A stretch of DNA of 64,000 nt from Malacoraja senta (lineage: Eukaryota). The DNA lies in the NCBI GenBank assembly GCA_038087875.1, contig CM075991.1:11348001-11412000 (forward strand), read 5' to 3'. The translations under genes and the position numbers were made by a program. Position 1 is the stretch's first letter. Each line of letters begins with the position of its first letter. Shown here in pieces: positions 22,995-36,609 of this stretch. The notes below the pieces were generated by a model. The model did not search any database and was not told the DNA's origin. It saw only the letters and a program-made list of their open reading frames with translations.

Positions 22995-23720
22995 CTCATC
23001 AGCAGCGGCCACGTGACGCGGGCTCTGCGTCCACAGAGCGGCTTCAACCACGTGACGGGGGGAGGGAGGGAGACCGACGGTGACAGCGCCTCCCTGCGGC
23101 GAGAACCGGAGCTGCACGTTGGGGAGTGGAGTAGTGCGCATGTCCATGAAGATGGTTGCGCCGGGAGCGGAGTGCCGGCGGGTAGACGGTGCGCAGGCGC
23201 GTTGCCGTGACCGGCGCGGAACGCAGAGCAGCGCGCATGCGTAAAAGCGCCCGGCGGCGAAGCGGCGGCGCCCCGTCTGGGCAGCGCGCATGCGTACGGA
23301 CGCGGACCAGCCGAGGAGGGCGGGAACTGCGCAGGCGCGGTACCGAGGCGAGCATGAATGGAGGAAAATGGCGGATCATGTGCAGGTAATAGTGATGGAG
23401 CTCAGAGCTTCGAGCGGGCTGCGTGAACCGGGAGGCCTGGGGGTGATGCTGGGGTGGCGCCGCGTCCGCAGCGGCCTCCTTTACCATCTGCAGGGCACGG
23501 ATGTGCGGCCAGAGCGGCGGTGGTGGAGCAGCGAGGCCCGGGCACCGAGGGTTGCCAGGGGTAACGGGGCAGAGCTGAGCTGGGGATGGCTCCAGAGGCT
23601 CAGACAGCTGATGTAAATAAACACAGGCTGCATGGTGGCTGCCGGAGCTCCCTCGCCCCTTCCCCAGGCCTGTGCCCCGCTGCACCACCCACCGTTTGTG
23701 GAGAGGGCGACTGCCTTTGG
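22995..23720. promoter_or_regulatory. CpG island / XPO7 promoter between the divergent genes
   Basis: CpG-dense; two CACGTGAC E-boxes (23010, 23049); several GCGCA(T/G)GCG NRF1-like motifs (~23190-23340); YY1-like AAAATGGCGG over the XPO7 start codon. Confidence 0.8.
23368..23385 (+). CDS. XPO7: Exportin-7 coding exon 1 (MADHVQ)
   Basis: AAAATGGCGGATCATGTGCAG|gtaat; MADHVQ N-terminus matches XPO7 rather than RANBP17. Confidence 0.93.
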
Positions 23721-24824
23721 GGGGAGGGGGTCTAATTCAGCCCTGGACCCTGACAGTCATGACTGCCGCTGTAGGCTCTGGACACTGTCTGCTCCCCACA
23801 CACTAATCCTGGGCAACAAGCTGGGGCAGAGAGTGGCCCAGTGCCCTCCAGTTGGCCGTGCAAAAGCACCCTACCACTCGCAATTCAGCATCACTCCAAA
23901 CTAACTTGACTTGGGTAAATAGGACTTTAAGACTTTTGCCTTCCATCACAGTGAGGAGGACCTGGTGTTAAATGTGTTTATTGTGTGTTTTGTTATTTTA
24001 TTCTATGTTATGACTGCAAGGCACGAAATTTCGTTCAGACTGAAAAGTCTGAATGACAATAAAGGATACTTTACTTTTTACTTTACTTTAATAGTGCAGA
24101 ATACGATTCTTTTGTGAGAAAACACTCCAACGTTGGCACCCGAAGAAGCTTTTATTAACATTTTAGATATTTTTAGTTGCCTAGACTTTTTCGTGTCGGA
24201 TTTTTATTTAATATAACAGAATATACACTTGTGTCTTTAAGAGAAAGTCACCGATTTCATCTGTGTATGAATTGCTGATTTGTGGCACAGTTGGAAGTTT
24301 CACATTGCTTCATTGCAGAGAATGGCCTTATAATAAATATGGCACACAGGGAACTATAGACTTTGAAATAAATGGTTTGCACTTTTTGTATCTTACATGA
24401 AATAATAACAAAAGCTGTGTCCTGTTGGTATATGCATCTCAAGAACGTAGAATTTATGCCACAGCCAAACCAAACCCAGGTTAACAGAACAATGGAAAGT
24501 TCTGCACAGTTTGGGTAACCCACCCAACATCTGTTGACCTTGGAATGAGTGTGATGTAGATTTTATTCTAATAACACCGGACATACTTGAATTTACTGTA
24601 ATATAGATGGTTGAATCAATCAAAGTTTTCAGGATATTGCAGGGCATGACATTTAGGTGGAAACCACATTTCCAAACCAGTGGGCAGAGTCTAAAAAATG
24701 ATAAGCCGCCTTTAAGGAGCGAAGTCTGAGTCTGGATTTATTGCAACAAGTTTCATTCTTGGGAAAGTGAACAGAATGGTGGAAGCCCATTCATTAAAAC
24801 TCCAGCAAAAGTTCAACAATCCAT

Positions 24825-25021
<197 letters not shown>

Positions 25022-26920
25022 CAGTGGCTTGCAAAAGTTTTCATACCCCTTGAACTTTTCCACATTTTATCACGTTACAACCACAAACGTAAATGTATTT
25101 TTATTGGGATTTTATGTGATAGACCAACACAAAGTGGTGCATAATTGTGAAGTGGAAGGAAAATGATACATGGTTTTCAAATTTTTTTACAAATAAAAAA
25201 CTGAAAAGTGTTGCGTGCAAAAGTATTCAGCCCCCTGAGTCAATACTTTGTAGAACCACCTTTCGCTGCAATTATAGCTGCAAGTCTTTTGGGGTATGTC
25301 TCTACCAGCTTTGCACATCTAGAGACAGAAATGTTTGCCCATTCTTCTTTACAAAATAGCTCAAGCTCAGTCAGATTGGATGGAGAGCGTCTGTGAACAG
25401 CAATTTTCAAGTCTTGCCAGAGATTCTCAATTGGATTTAGGTCTGGACTTTGACTGGGCCATTCTAACACATGAATATGCTTTGATCTAAACCATTCCAT
25501 TGTAGCTCTGGCTGTATGTTTAGGGTCGTTGTCCTGCTGGAAGGTGAACCTCCGCCCCAGTCAAGTCAAGTCAAGTGAGTTTATTGTCATGTGTCCCTGG
25601 TAGGACAATGAAATTCTTGCTTTGCTTGAGCACAACAGAACATAGTAGGCATTTACTAAAAGGCATTCTATAAATATATACACAATGGTCAATATACTGA
25701 TAAAGTGCAAATAACAGTATTGGCTAGTAAAGTTCAGTGTTATGTCCGAGCCAGGTTTAATAGCCTGATGGCTGTGGGGAAGTAGCTGTTCCTGAACCTG
25801 GTCGTTGCAGTCTTCAGGCTCCTGTACCTTCTACCTGAAAAGTGTTGCGTGTCTCAAGTCTTTTGCAGACTCTAACAGGTTTTCTTCCAAGATTGCCCTG
25901 TATTTGGCTCCATCCATCTTCCCATCAACTCTGACCAGCTTCCCTGTCCCTGCTGAAGAAAAGCATACCCACAGCCTGATGCTGCCACCACCATGTTTCA
26001 CAGTGGGGATGGTGTGTTCAGGGTGATGTGCAGTGTTAGTTTTCCGCCACACATAGCGTTTTGCATTTAGGCCAAAAACTTCAATTTTGGTCTCATCTGA
26101 CCAGAGCACCTTCCTCCACATGTTTGCTGTGTCCCCCACATGGCTTGTGGCAAACTGCAAACGGGACGTCTTATGGCTTTTTTTCAACAATGGCTTTCTT
26201 CTTGCCACTCTTCCATAAAGGCCCCATTTGTGGAGTGCACGACTAATAGTTGTCCTGTGGACAGATTCTCCCACCTGAGCTGTGGATCTCTGCAGCTCCT
26301 CCAGAGTTACCATGGGCCTCTTGGCTGCTTCTCTGATCAATGCTCTCCTGTCAGTTTAGGTGGACGGCCATGTCTTGGTAGGTTTGCAGTTGTGCCATAC
26401 TCTTTCCATTTTCGGATGATGGATTGAACAATGCTCCGTGAGATGTTCAAAGCTTGGGATATTTGTTTATAACCTAACCCTGCTTTAAACTTCTCCACAA
26501 ATTTATCCCTGACCTGTCTGTTGTGTTCCTTGGGCTTCATGATGCTGTTTGTTCACTAATGTTCTCTAACAAACCTCTGAGGCCTTCACAGAACAGCTGT
26601 ATTTATACTGAGATTAGATTACACACAAGTGGACTCTATTTACTAATTAGGTGACTTCTGAAGGCAATTGGTTGCACTGGATTTTATTTAGGGGTATCAG
26701 AGTAAAGGGGGCTGAATACCTTTGCACGCGACACTTTTCGGTTTTTTTATTTGTAAAAAAATTTGAAAACCATGTATCATTTTCCTTCCACTTCACAATT
26801 ATGCGCCACTTTGTGTTGGTCTATCACATAAAATCCCAATAAAATACATTTACGTTTGTGGTTGTAACGTGATAAAATGTGGAAAAGTTCAAGGGGTATG
26901 AATACTTTTGCAAGCCACTG
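25022..26920 (-). mobile_element. Tc1 (Passport-like, DD34E) transposon, full length but inactivated
   Basis: TA TSD; ~210-bp TIRs starting CAGTGGCTTGCAAAAG; transposase 26540 to 25240 (WSDETK, QQDND-34aa-E) with a frameshift and an insertion. Confidence 0.95.
25561..25839 (-). mobile_element. Rex1/Babar 3' fragment inserted in the Tc1 transposase
   Basis: Matches reverse complement of 22030-22330; (CTTGA)n tail. Confidence 0.88.
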
Positions 26921-27148
26921 TATATATGTGTGTATATATATATATATGTGTGTATATATATGTGTGTGTGTATATATATGTGTGTATATATATATATGTG
27001 TGTATATATATATGTGTGTGTATATATATGTGTGTGTATGTATATATGTGTGTGTATATATATATTTGTATATATATGTGTGTATATATGTGTGTGCATA
27101 TATGTGTGTGTATATATATATATATATGTGTGTGTATATATATGTGTG

Positions 27149-27201
<53 letters not shown>

Positions 27202-27238
27202 GTGTGTGTGTGTATATATGTGTGTGTGTGTGTGTATA

Positions 27239-27273
<35 letters not shown>
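26921..27273. repeat. (TA)/(TG) microsatellite right of Tc1
   Basis: Directly visible. Confidence 0.97.
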
Positions 27274-27275
<2 letters not shown>

Positions 27276-28389
27276 AGAAGGTGATAGGAATCTGGAGCTC
27301 TCTTTCACAAATATGTAATAGTCATTTTCAATTTTTGAGATTTACCAAAATAGCACAGGATTTAGTCATACAACATGGAAACAGGCCCTTCAACCCAACT
27401 AGTCCATACCGATCAGGTTGGCCTAGCTCAGCTAATTCCACATGCCTGCATTTTCCCCATATCCCTCCAAACCTTTCTTATCCCTGTACCCGTCCAAGTA
27501 TGTTTTAAATGTTATTGTACCTGCCTCAACTATTTCCTCTGGCAGCTTGTTCCATATACCCACTACCCACTGAGTGGAAAAAGGTGCCCCTCAGGTTCTT
27601 ATTAAATCTTAGACCTTCTTACCTTAAACGTATGTGCTCATGTTTTTGATTCTGGTCATTTGTTAAAAGACACCTGTATAAGATCACCCCTCAACTTCCT
27701 GTCCTCTAAGGATAAAGTCCTAGCCTGTCCAACATCTCCCTATAGATCAGCCCCTAAAGTCCTGACAACATCCTCATAAATCTTCTCTGCACTCTTTCCA
27801 GCTAAATGACACCCTTCCTATAGTGGGGTGACCAAACCTGAGCACAATACTCCAAGTGCGGCCTCACCATTGTCTTGCCCAACTGTAACGTCCCATCCCA
27901 ACTTCTATGCTGAGTACCCTGGCTGATGAAGACCAATGTATCAAAAGCCTTTTTGACCATCCTATCCACCTGTGACGTCACTTTCAGGAAAGATGCACCT
28001 GCACTCCTAGATCCCTCGGCTCCACAACACTCCCCAGACCCGACCATTCACTGTGAAGTCCTTCTGCCGTGGTTTAACTTCCCAATATACACGTACCTGC
28101 ATTAAGCTCCCGATCATTCCTCAGCCCACTTGCCCAACTGATCAAGAGGCTACTGCAATTTTTGAATTTCACTATGTACGATACCACCCACTTTAGTGTA
28201 ATCTGCAAGTTTACTAATCATGCTTTGTACATTCATATCCAAATCATTGGGGAAGTTGTGTATATGACATTGGACCATGGCTCTGTCATGGTCTCGTTGA
28301 ATGGTGGAACAAACTCGAAGATTAAATAGTCGAGGCTTTTCCTCTGCCCAACCTTTTCAATAGGCTTTTAGCTGATGAACTAGTTCTGA

Positions 28390-28700
28390 GGTATTGTTAT
28401 GTGATGTGTCAGTTATTTTGCGCATTGTGAGTTTGAACAACAGTGAGATAAAAGACCAGATAATCTGGCTTGTTGATGTTGATTTAGTGATAAATATGGC
28501 CATGTATGGGGAAATTACTTTCCTTGCCTCTGAATATCACCATGGGATGGATACATACTCACATGAGGCCAAATGGAGCCGTAGATTTAGATCTTGCCCT
28601 AAAGACATTGCTCCAGCATTTCCAGGACTGTAAATCGAGATAATGTGCATAATTTTTCTGACTGAGCCAAAACTCGTACCTCACGATTTCTCAGAGGTGT
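28390..28700 (-). mobile_element. Degenerate DeuSINE (SacSINE1/AmnSINE1-like)
   Basis: GACCAGATAATCTG..TGATGTTGATT..GATAAATATGGCCA..CCATGGGAT collinear with the recalled consensus. Confidence 0.6.
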
Positions 28701-31700
28701 GTAGAGAAACTGATTGACCTTTGAATAGACTTGATTTAAAGGACATGTTGTGAAGAGAATAAGTAGATCTAGTACAATTCTTTCAAAATTTCCTGTGGGT
28801 GTGAAGTTCAGCCACGGGGCTAACATGTGGAGGTGTTTAAATGTGGCTCAGATTGGTGGCAAATATCAAGGCACTGTGGTCTTGAATCTAAGATGGACAC
28901 AAAATGCCGGAGTAACTCAGCGGGACAGGCAGCATCTCTGGAGAGAAAGAATGGGTGACGTTTCAGTTCAAGTACCTTCTTCAGACTCAGAGTCTGAAGA
29001 AGGGTTTTGACTCAAAATGTCACCCACCCTGCCTGTCCCGCTGAGTTACTCCAGTATTTTGTGTCTATATTTGATTTAAACCAGCATCTGCATTTCCTTC
29101 CTGCACATGCATTCTTGGATCTATCAGCTCGAAGGTATTAAAGATGATCGATTGGCATGACAGTCTTTTTTAACCTGATAAACAAAGAGAATATGTACCA
29201 AAGATATGGCCTTAAGTGTTACACTATATTTTTATCTCCCATATTTTTAAAAGCAATTCAATGCCTCTCATACAGGTACAGATTATCTATCTTATCAAAT
29301 TTGAAAGCCCATCATCAAATTTGGTGGGTATAATGAAAATTTTTTTTTGCATTGTTTGGCAGGTCAACTTCTGAGAGAAACCAGGACATTGTTTGATTTT
29401 CAAGATGGCATTCTGTCTTTTTGCAATTACTCAAGGATTTGTAATAATTGGATGTCAAATTCCCTCTGTAGATGGGGTTGTTGGTGTTTTGTTTAAATTT
29501 CAGTGAATACTGTTCCACCATCCTATCTGCTTTTCATGATAGAGACTTGTTGCAGTAATTCGGGTCCATATTGTTAATAGACTGAGTTAACGTTATTCTT
29601 TCCTGGCTTTGGAGAACACATTTAAAAGTTCAAGGAAAATGTTGGCACCTGCCAAACTGGCACAGGGTGCTCAGTCCTCGTTTGTTTCTCGGCAATGATC
29701 CCTGGGCAAGCATCACATCATGTATGGGGTGCAATTAAGCAAGTCAGATGCATTCAGGTATTCACCGACATGATAGGTTGAATTGCAGAACAAGTTCCTC
29801 AAAATAAGACGCATTGAATTTTCAGCGTAGTAAGAGACCATTCATCCCGCAGATCTGTGTTAGTTTAGGCTTCGGGTTGCTATAATATCATTCATTTCCT
29901 TCCTTGCTCGCACTTGACGAACTTTCACTTACTGTATCTCTGAGGAAAAACGTTTTCACCCAGAGAGTTGAGGAAAATCTTTTTTACCCAGAGAGTGGAG
30001 GAAAAACATTTTCATCCAGATAGTTGTGAATCTGTGGAATTCTCTGCCACAGAAGGCAGTGGAGACCAATTCACTGGATTATTCAAGAGAGAGTTGGATA
30101 CAGCTCTTAGGGCTAACGGAATCAAGGGATATGGGGAGAAAGCAGGACGGGGTACTGATTCTGGATGATCAGCCATGAGTGCTGGCTCAAAGGGCCGAAT
30201 GGCCTACTCCTGCACCTATTTTCTATGTTTCTGTTTTTCATAATTATTCCCAATATTTCCAGATTGCACAATCTCATTCCTCAGTGCATCAAGAAGTTTC
30301 TGCTGAAATCCTTGCAGAATTTACTGGTAACTTGCAAGGTGTCGATTGGGTGGCTTTTGCAATTTAGATGATAACCCTCAGAAGTACATGAGGAGGATTT
30401 TGATGGACTTCGACAAGATTGATGGCTTAGAGTGACGCTGCCATTTCTAAATCTGGCATCGGCCCCCCTCCTGGTCCAGAAAACTATTAAGCCATCGTGT
30501 CGTTTGAATTCTTTAGTGAGTTATTTTTCTGCTTAAATTTTTCAGAGGTTGCCATTCAAACAAGCTTTCGGTATTTTGCTGAAAACTTACAGGTTTCCGG
30601 GTGTGATTTGGACTGCCTCCACCTCACTCCCACAGTGATTAATTGGAACGTACTGAAATAATCTAGTTACCTTTGCATTGATGGGGCAAGCTTTGTAAAG
30701 GTTATGACAGAATTAGTCACAGCTTGTTCACATCTTAGACCTTAACCCAAGATCTGAGAGAAAACTGGTTGTTTCAAAAAAATGCTCATCGGCTGTTCAA
30801 GCTTAATGGTGAACGTATTTTTAAAAATGCATTCTCTTTTACATACATTGTTATTTGCATTAGCAGGAATTACTGAAGCAATGTTGCAAAGGATGTTGGT
30901 AGCCTCCTGCAGTCTCCTGATCTTTTCTATTTGATGGAACTCTGCCATGCTCTATCTTGAGCTAAAACAAAAAATCCTTTAGCAAGACATATATATACAC
31001 AAAAATGATGCACAAGAGACTGCAGATGCTGGAATCATGAGAAAAAAAAAAGAATAGACAAACTTTTACAAGGATGTTGCCAGGACCTAAGGGCCTGAGC
31101 TTCAAGAAGAGGTTTGTCAGGCTTTGACTTTATTCCTTGGTGCAGGAGGCTGAGGGGTCATTTCATGAATGTTTATAATCGTGAGGAGGTTAGATAGGGT
31201 GAATACCCAGAGTAGTCGGAAGAACCAGAGGACATAGGTTTAAGGTAAGAGGAAAAGATTTAATAGGAACATGAGGGACACGAGAATTATCCCAGGAATT
31301 ATGTGTTAACATGTGATGAGTGTTTGACAACACTGGCCCTGTACTCGCTGGAGTTTAGAAGGATGAGGGGAAACCTCATTGAAACTTATTGAATCGTGAA
31401 ATGTCTGGATAGAGTGAATGTGGAGAGGATGGCTCCACTAGTGGGAGAGTCTAGGACGAGAGGCCGTAGCCTCAGAATAAAAGGACGTACCTTTAGGAAG
31501 GAGGTGATGAGGAGTTTCTTCAGTCAGAGTGTGATGAATCTGTGGAATGCATTGCCACAGGCGGTTGTGGAGGCCATCAATGGTTATTTTTAAGGAGGAG
31601 ATTGACAAAAGATTGAGAATGGGGTTGAGAGGGAAAGATAAATTGGCTATGATTGAATGGCAGAGTTGACTTAATGGGCCGAATGGCTTAATTCTGCTCC

Positions 31701-34469
31701 TATATCTTAAGAACATGTTTTTCACGCAGGATGGTGGGTGTATGGAATGAGATGCCAGGGGACATAGTTGACGCAGGTACTGTAACAACATTCAAAAGAC
31801 ATTTCGACGGGTTCAACGATAAGCAAGGTTTAGAGGGATATGGGTCAAATGCAGACAGGTGGGACCAGCATAGATGGAGCATCTTAGTTGGTACAGGCAT
31901 GTTGGGCCGAATGGCCTGATTCCGTGCTGTATGACTACGCTGGAGGAACTTATCCGGTCAGGAAGCATCTGTCGGGGGGAAATGGTAGGTTAGCAATTCG
32001 GAATGGGACTATTCTTCAGTCTGAAGACTGAAACCAATTCTCTTTTTGTGCTCAAGATTTCAACATCTGCAGTCCCTTGTGTCCACGAGTGATGAGGAGA
32101 CGCAGGTTGACATTGGGCTGAGTCAGGATGTCACGCAGTCTTCAGTCCAGAAGCCATAAAATTATGACTCCGTCTGAAGAAGGGTCTCGACCCGAAACAT
32201 CACCCATTCCTTCTCTCCAGAGATGCTGCCTGTCCCGCTGAGTTACTCCAGCTTTTTGTGTCTATCTTCGGTTTAAACCAGCATCTTCAGTTCCTTTCTA
32301 CACTGTAGTAAAATTATGCTTGTTTTTTAAATTCCAGAGTAATTATTTGAACTTAAATTCTGCAGCTGCCATTGTGTGGTTCAAACTTGTCTCTCGTAAC
32401 GATCCAGAACTGTGGCAGCTTACCTGTAACGTAACTGTTACACTGACCTTTAGTTTAGTTCAGAGATACAGTGCGGAAACAGGCCCTTCGGTCCACCGAG
32501 TCCACGCCGACCAGCTATCCCCATACACTAACACCGTCCCACACACACTAGGGACGATTTACAATTTTACCAAGCCAATTAGCCTACAAACCTGTACGTC
32601 TTTGGTATGTGGGAAGAAACCGGAGCACCCGGAGAAAATCCACGCAGCTCACGGGGAAAAGGTACAGACTCCGTACATACAGACCCTGTCCTGCAACTTT
32701 TCCTACAATTGTCAGCTTCACACGCAGATCTCTGATGCTATAAGGCAATAGCAGCACCACTATGCTACTCTGTAAGGCCAGGACACCAGGTACAACTCTC
32801 TTGCTCCTTATAATGTCACAGAATATTATACACCATCTGGATGTAGCTGCATTATTACCCATCCTTCAATACCCTTAAGAAGATGGGAGACAGTTGCCAT
32901 CTAATCTACTGAAGTCGACTGATCCCTCTAGTAGTAATGATGGAGGGGCAGGCTCCATGGTAATATCATTGGGTAGTGAATTCCAGGATACAGACACAGC
33001 AGTGAGGAAAGATTGGCAATATAAATCCATGTCTGGATGGTGTGTACTTGGAGGCATCTGCAAGCCACGGGGTTCCCATGCACCTGTCTGTGGTTCTCTT
33101 GGCAGACCTGCCTTGGGTTTCATCTCTTCTGTTCCAGTTCCCTGTAGCCTTAAATTCCCTGATGCCTCAAAATATTTACATTCTCTTATAAATATCCCAA
33201 TAATCTAGTAGTGTAGGAAAGAACTGCAGATGCTGGTTTAAATCGAAGGTAGACACAAAATGTTGGAGGTCTGAAGAAGGGTCTCGACCCGAAACATCAC
33301 CCATCCCTTCTCTCCAGAGATGCTGCCCGTCCCGCTGAGTTACTCCAGCATTTTGTGTCTACTCCCAATAATGTAGATTCCGCAACCCTTCAGGGTAGAG
33401 AATTCCAGAGATACACTACCTTCAGTTTTAAATGACCACCCCCTCATCTTATAACTATGGCCGTTCATTCAAGATTCTCCTTCGAATGGATATGTCGACA
33501 TCTACCCCTCAAAATCTTATGTATTTCAATAAGATAACCTCTCATTCTTCTAAACTCCAAAAATATAGATCTAATTTCTGTATCCACCAATTAATCTCTT
33601 GGATGCTCCCAGTGGCATTATATCCATAAATGAGAGGAGCGAATTGTGTACAGTTTCTACTCTTAACAACTGACCTTGACGATAGCAACTTTTCACTTAG
33701 TGAACCTGTTGAATGAATCATGTACAAGTACTTGTTGAGAAATTGATTTCTTAGTGTATCAATTACACAACATTGAGAGTTTTATGTTGAAACTAAACAA
33801 AGAAATGCTAAGTTTATTCAGTTTTGGTCCTGAATCCAAAAGTTGCAATGGATAATGGCCAAAAGAATTTCTAACTTGAACGTTCTTTAAAAGTTCTACT
33901 GCAAGAATTGGACTTTTACCAATTGGAAGAATTCCAAGAACTTGCAAATTGCCGGGTTCCACAGGACGTAGTTGAATTTTCAAAATGATGATGGGATTGA
34001 ACTGTTTTCCGATTGCATAGATGGGTTTGAGAGCTCAGTTGATGGGATCAATCAAAATCGTAGGTGTTTAAGCAAAACATTTTTATCTTCCCACATAAGT
34101 AACTGGGCATTACTTTGCCAAATAGTTAAAATTAAGAATATACGACTCTCTGGAGCCGCATAATTACTTCAATCCATCAAAATAGAATCCAGAAGGTAGA
34201 AACAAAGAACAGTACATGCTGGTTTACAAAGAGGGGCAGGAAATGCTCAGTCCCATTGACTGAGTCTTCTCAAATCATCTATGTAACCAGAAAGAAGAAT
34301 CCATGTGTTTTCTCAACATTGAAATCCTTTCTTTTTCCACTTTCTTTTTTCTTTCAACCAGAAAATTATATTCTTAGCGGCCAGGGTATTGTAAACATGC
34401 ATGGAGAGCAAAGATTTGATCAAAATCCTCCGACCCCATCAAAACGATATCAGGCAGCCTTGGAAGCCT

Positions 34470-35260
34470 AACCTCCTTAGTCAAACCGCACGTCAAAAAC
34501 CTTGGTGTGATATTTGACTCTGCATTAAAGTTTGACAAGCAAGTCAACTCTGTGGTAAAAGCTGGTTTCTTCCAGCTTCGTACAATAGCTAAAAATCAAA
34601 TAATTCCGCAAATTCGATGACCATGAAAAAAATCATCCACGCATTCATCTTTTCCCGCCTTGACTACTGCAACTCACTATACACTGGCATCAGCCAATCA
34701 TCCCTGTCCCGTCTGCAATTGGTCCAAAATGCCGCAGCAAGACTTCTGACGGGTACCCGTAAAAGGGACCACATCACCCCGATCCTGGCCTCTCTCCACT
34801 GGCTCCCAGTATGGTACAGAATCAACTTCAAGCTCCTCTTAGTCGTTTACAAAACCCTTAACGAGCTTGTCCCCCCCACCCCATATCAAAAATGTTTTAA
34901 CCAACCATTCTACCTCCAGATCCCTCAGGTCGGCCGACTTGGGGCTACTGACTATCCCGCGGTCTAGGTTTAAGCTCAGGGGTGACCGCGCTTTTGCGGT
35001 TGCGGCACCTAAACTGTGGAATAGCATCCCGCTCCTCATCAGGACTGCTTTAAGTCACGACTCAAACCCTATTTCTACTCCCTAGCGTTTTTGAGCCCCT
35101 CTGAGGGGGCGCAGTGAACAGTTTATGTATGTATTGTTAGGTCTGTCTACCGTTGTATGTATCACATTAGTACCTGCACTGATGTGAAGCACTTTGGTCA
35201 ACGTGAGTTGTTTTTAAACGTGCTATACAAAGAAATTTATTATTATTATTATTATTATTA
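34470..35260 (+). mobile_element. L2 LINE 3' fragment
   Basis: IHAFIFSRLDYCNSL..LQLVQNAAARLL..HITPILASLHWLP; (TAT)n tail. Confidence 0.9.
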
Positions 35261-35681
35261 AAAAATAGTTTGTCTATCAGAAGGTGTTAATCTATGGATT
35301 CACCATGCAGACGACAGAAACGGACTCATGCAGTTGTTGGAGCCTGAGGTTAAATTGAATGCACATGTTCTGCTCTATAAAAGTTCCAGACTGTTGGATC
35401 CAAGGAATGGAGGGAAGTTACTGCAAAAATAAGGAAGTCAATTATATTGAAGAAAGACACAAAAAGCTGGAGTAACTGAGCGGGCCTGGCAGCATCTCTG
35501 GAGAGAAGGAATGGGTGACGTTTCGGGTCGAGACCCTTATTTTTCTGTCTCCATATCCAGGTCTTATTTTTTTTCAATAAATTATGATTAATAGCAGGCT
35601 TCCCAAATGTGTCTAGTTTAGTTTAAAGAAACAGATTCCCACCGAGTCCACGCCGACCAACGATCAACGACCCCCGCACAT

Positions 35682-36046
35682 CTTTGGGTGAACTGGTGTT
35701 GGGGACTGGACATTGTGCCTTCCCCCACAGTGGTAATCATTGTGGGGGGATGATTTTGTGTGTAATGTGTAGTGTCTATGTTAGTCTTTGTCCAAGATGG
35801 CGGTCGGAAGGGAGAGTGGACGCTGGCGCGCTTTAGCAGCCGCTGCTCTCTCTTCCATATTGTGTTTTTGATTTTTGTTTTTGGATTTAATTCTATCTTT
35901 AATTTGTGTTCTGGTGATGTCTTTGCTATTTATTTCATTCCGCTTATATGTTTCTACACTATTTGTTAAACTTTGTAAGGTGTCCTTGAGACTTTGTGAA
36001 AGGCGCCCATAAATAAAATCTATTATTATTATTATTATTATTATTA
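35682..36046 (+). mobile_element. Non-coding retroposon with L2-type 3' tail, nested in an HE1-like SINE (35613-36277, -)
   Basis: TGTAAGGTGTCCTTGAG..AAAGGCGCCC-ATAAATAAAA-(TAT)n; SINE sequence resumes on both sides. Confidence 0.7.
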
Positions 36047-36609
36047 ACACTATCCTACACACATTAGGGTCAATTTTTACAATTTTACGAAACTAATTAA
36101 CCTACAAACGTGTGCGTCTTTGGAGTGTGGGAGGAAACCTGAGCACCCAGGCAAAACTCACGCAAGTGACGGGGAGAATGTACAAACTCTGTACAGACAG
36201 CACCGGTAGTCAGGATCGAACCCGGGTCTCTGGCGCTGTAAGGCAGCAACTCTACCGCTGTGTCACCATGCCGCCCTGTACAACACGGAAATAGGCCACT
36301 CAACCAAACTTACCTGTGACGACCAAGATGCCCCATCTACTAGTCCCATCTTATTTGGCCCATCTTCCTCAACCTTTCCTATGCATGTATCTTTCCAAAT
36401 GTATTTTAATTCAACAGAAGATCTACGTCAGTATCGCCACCCTGCTCTAGGTAGGTTATCACTAAGATGGAAAGAGTGCAGAAAAGATTTATGTGGATGT
36501 TGCTAGGACTGGAGGGCTAGAGTTATAGGGAGGCGTTGGGAAGACTAGGATACGATATGAGGGTAACAGACAGGGTGAATGCACAGTCTTTTACACAGAG
36601 TTGGGGAAT

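Noticed and set aside
23044..23688. GC-rich ORFs over the CpG island
   Set aside because: Stop-poor because of GC content; only MADHVQ matches a known protein.
33860..34163. Protein-like stretch (KVLLQELDFYQLEEFQELANC...DDGIELFSDCIDGF)
   Set aside because: Broken by stops and a frameshift, no splice support, no family recognised; would need tBLASTx.
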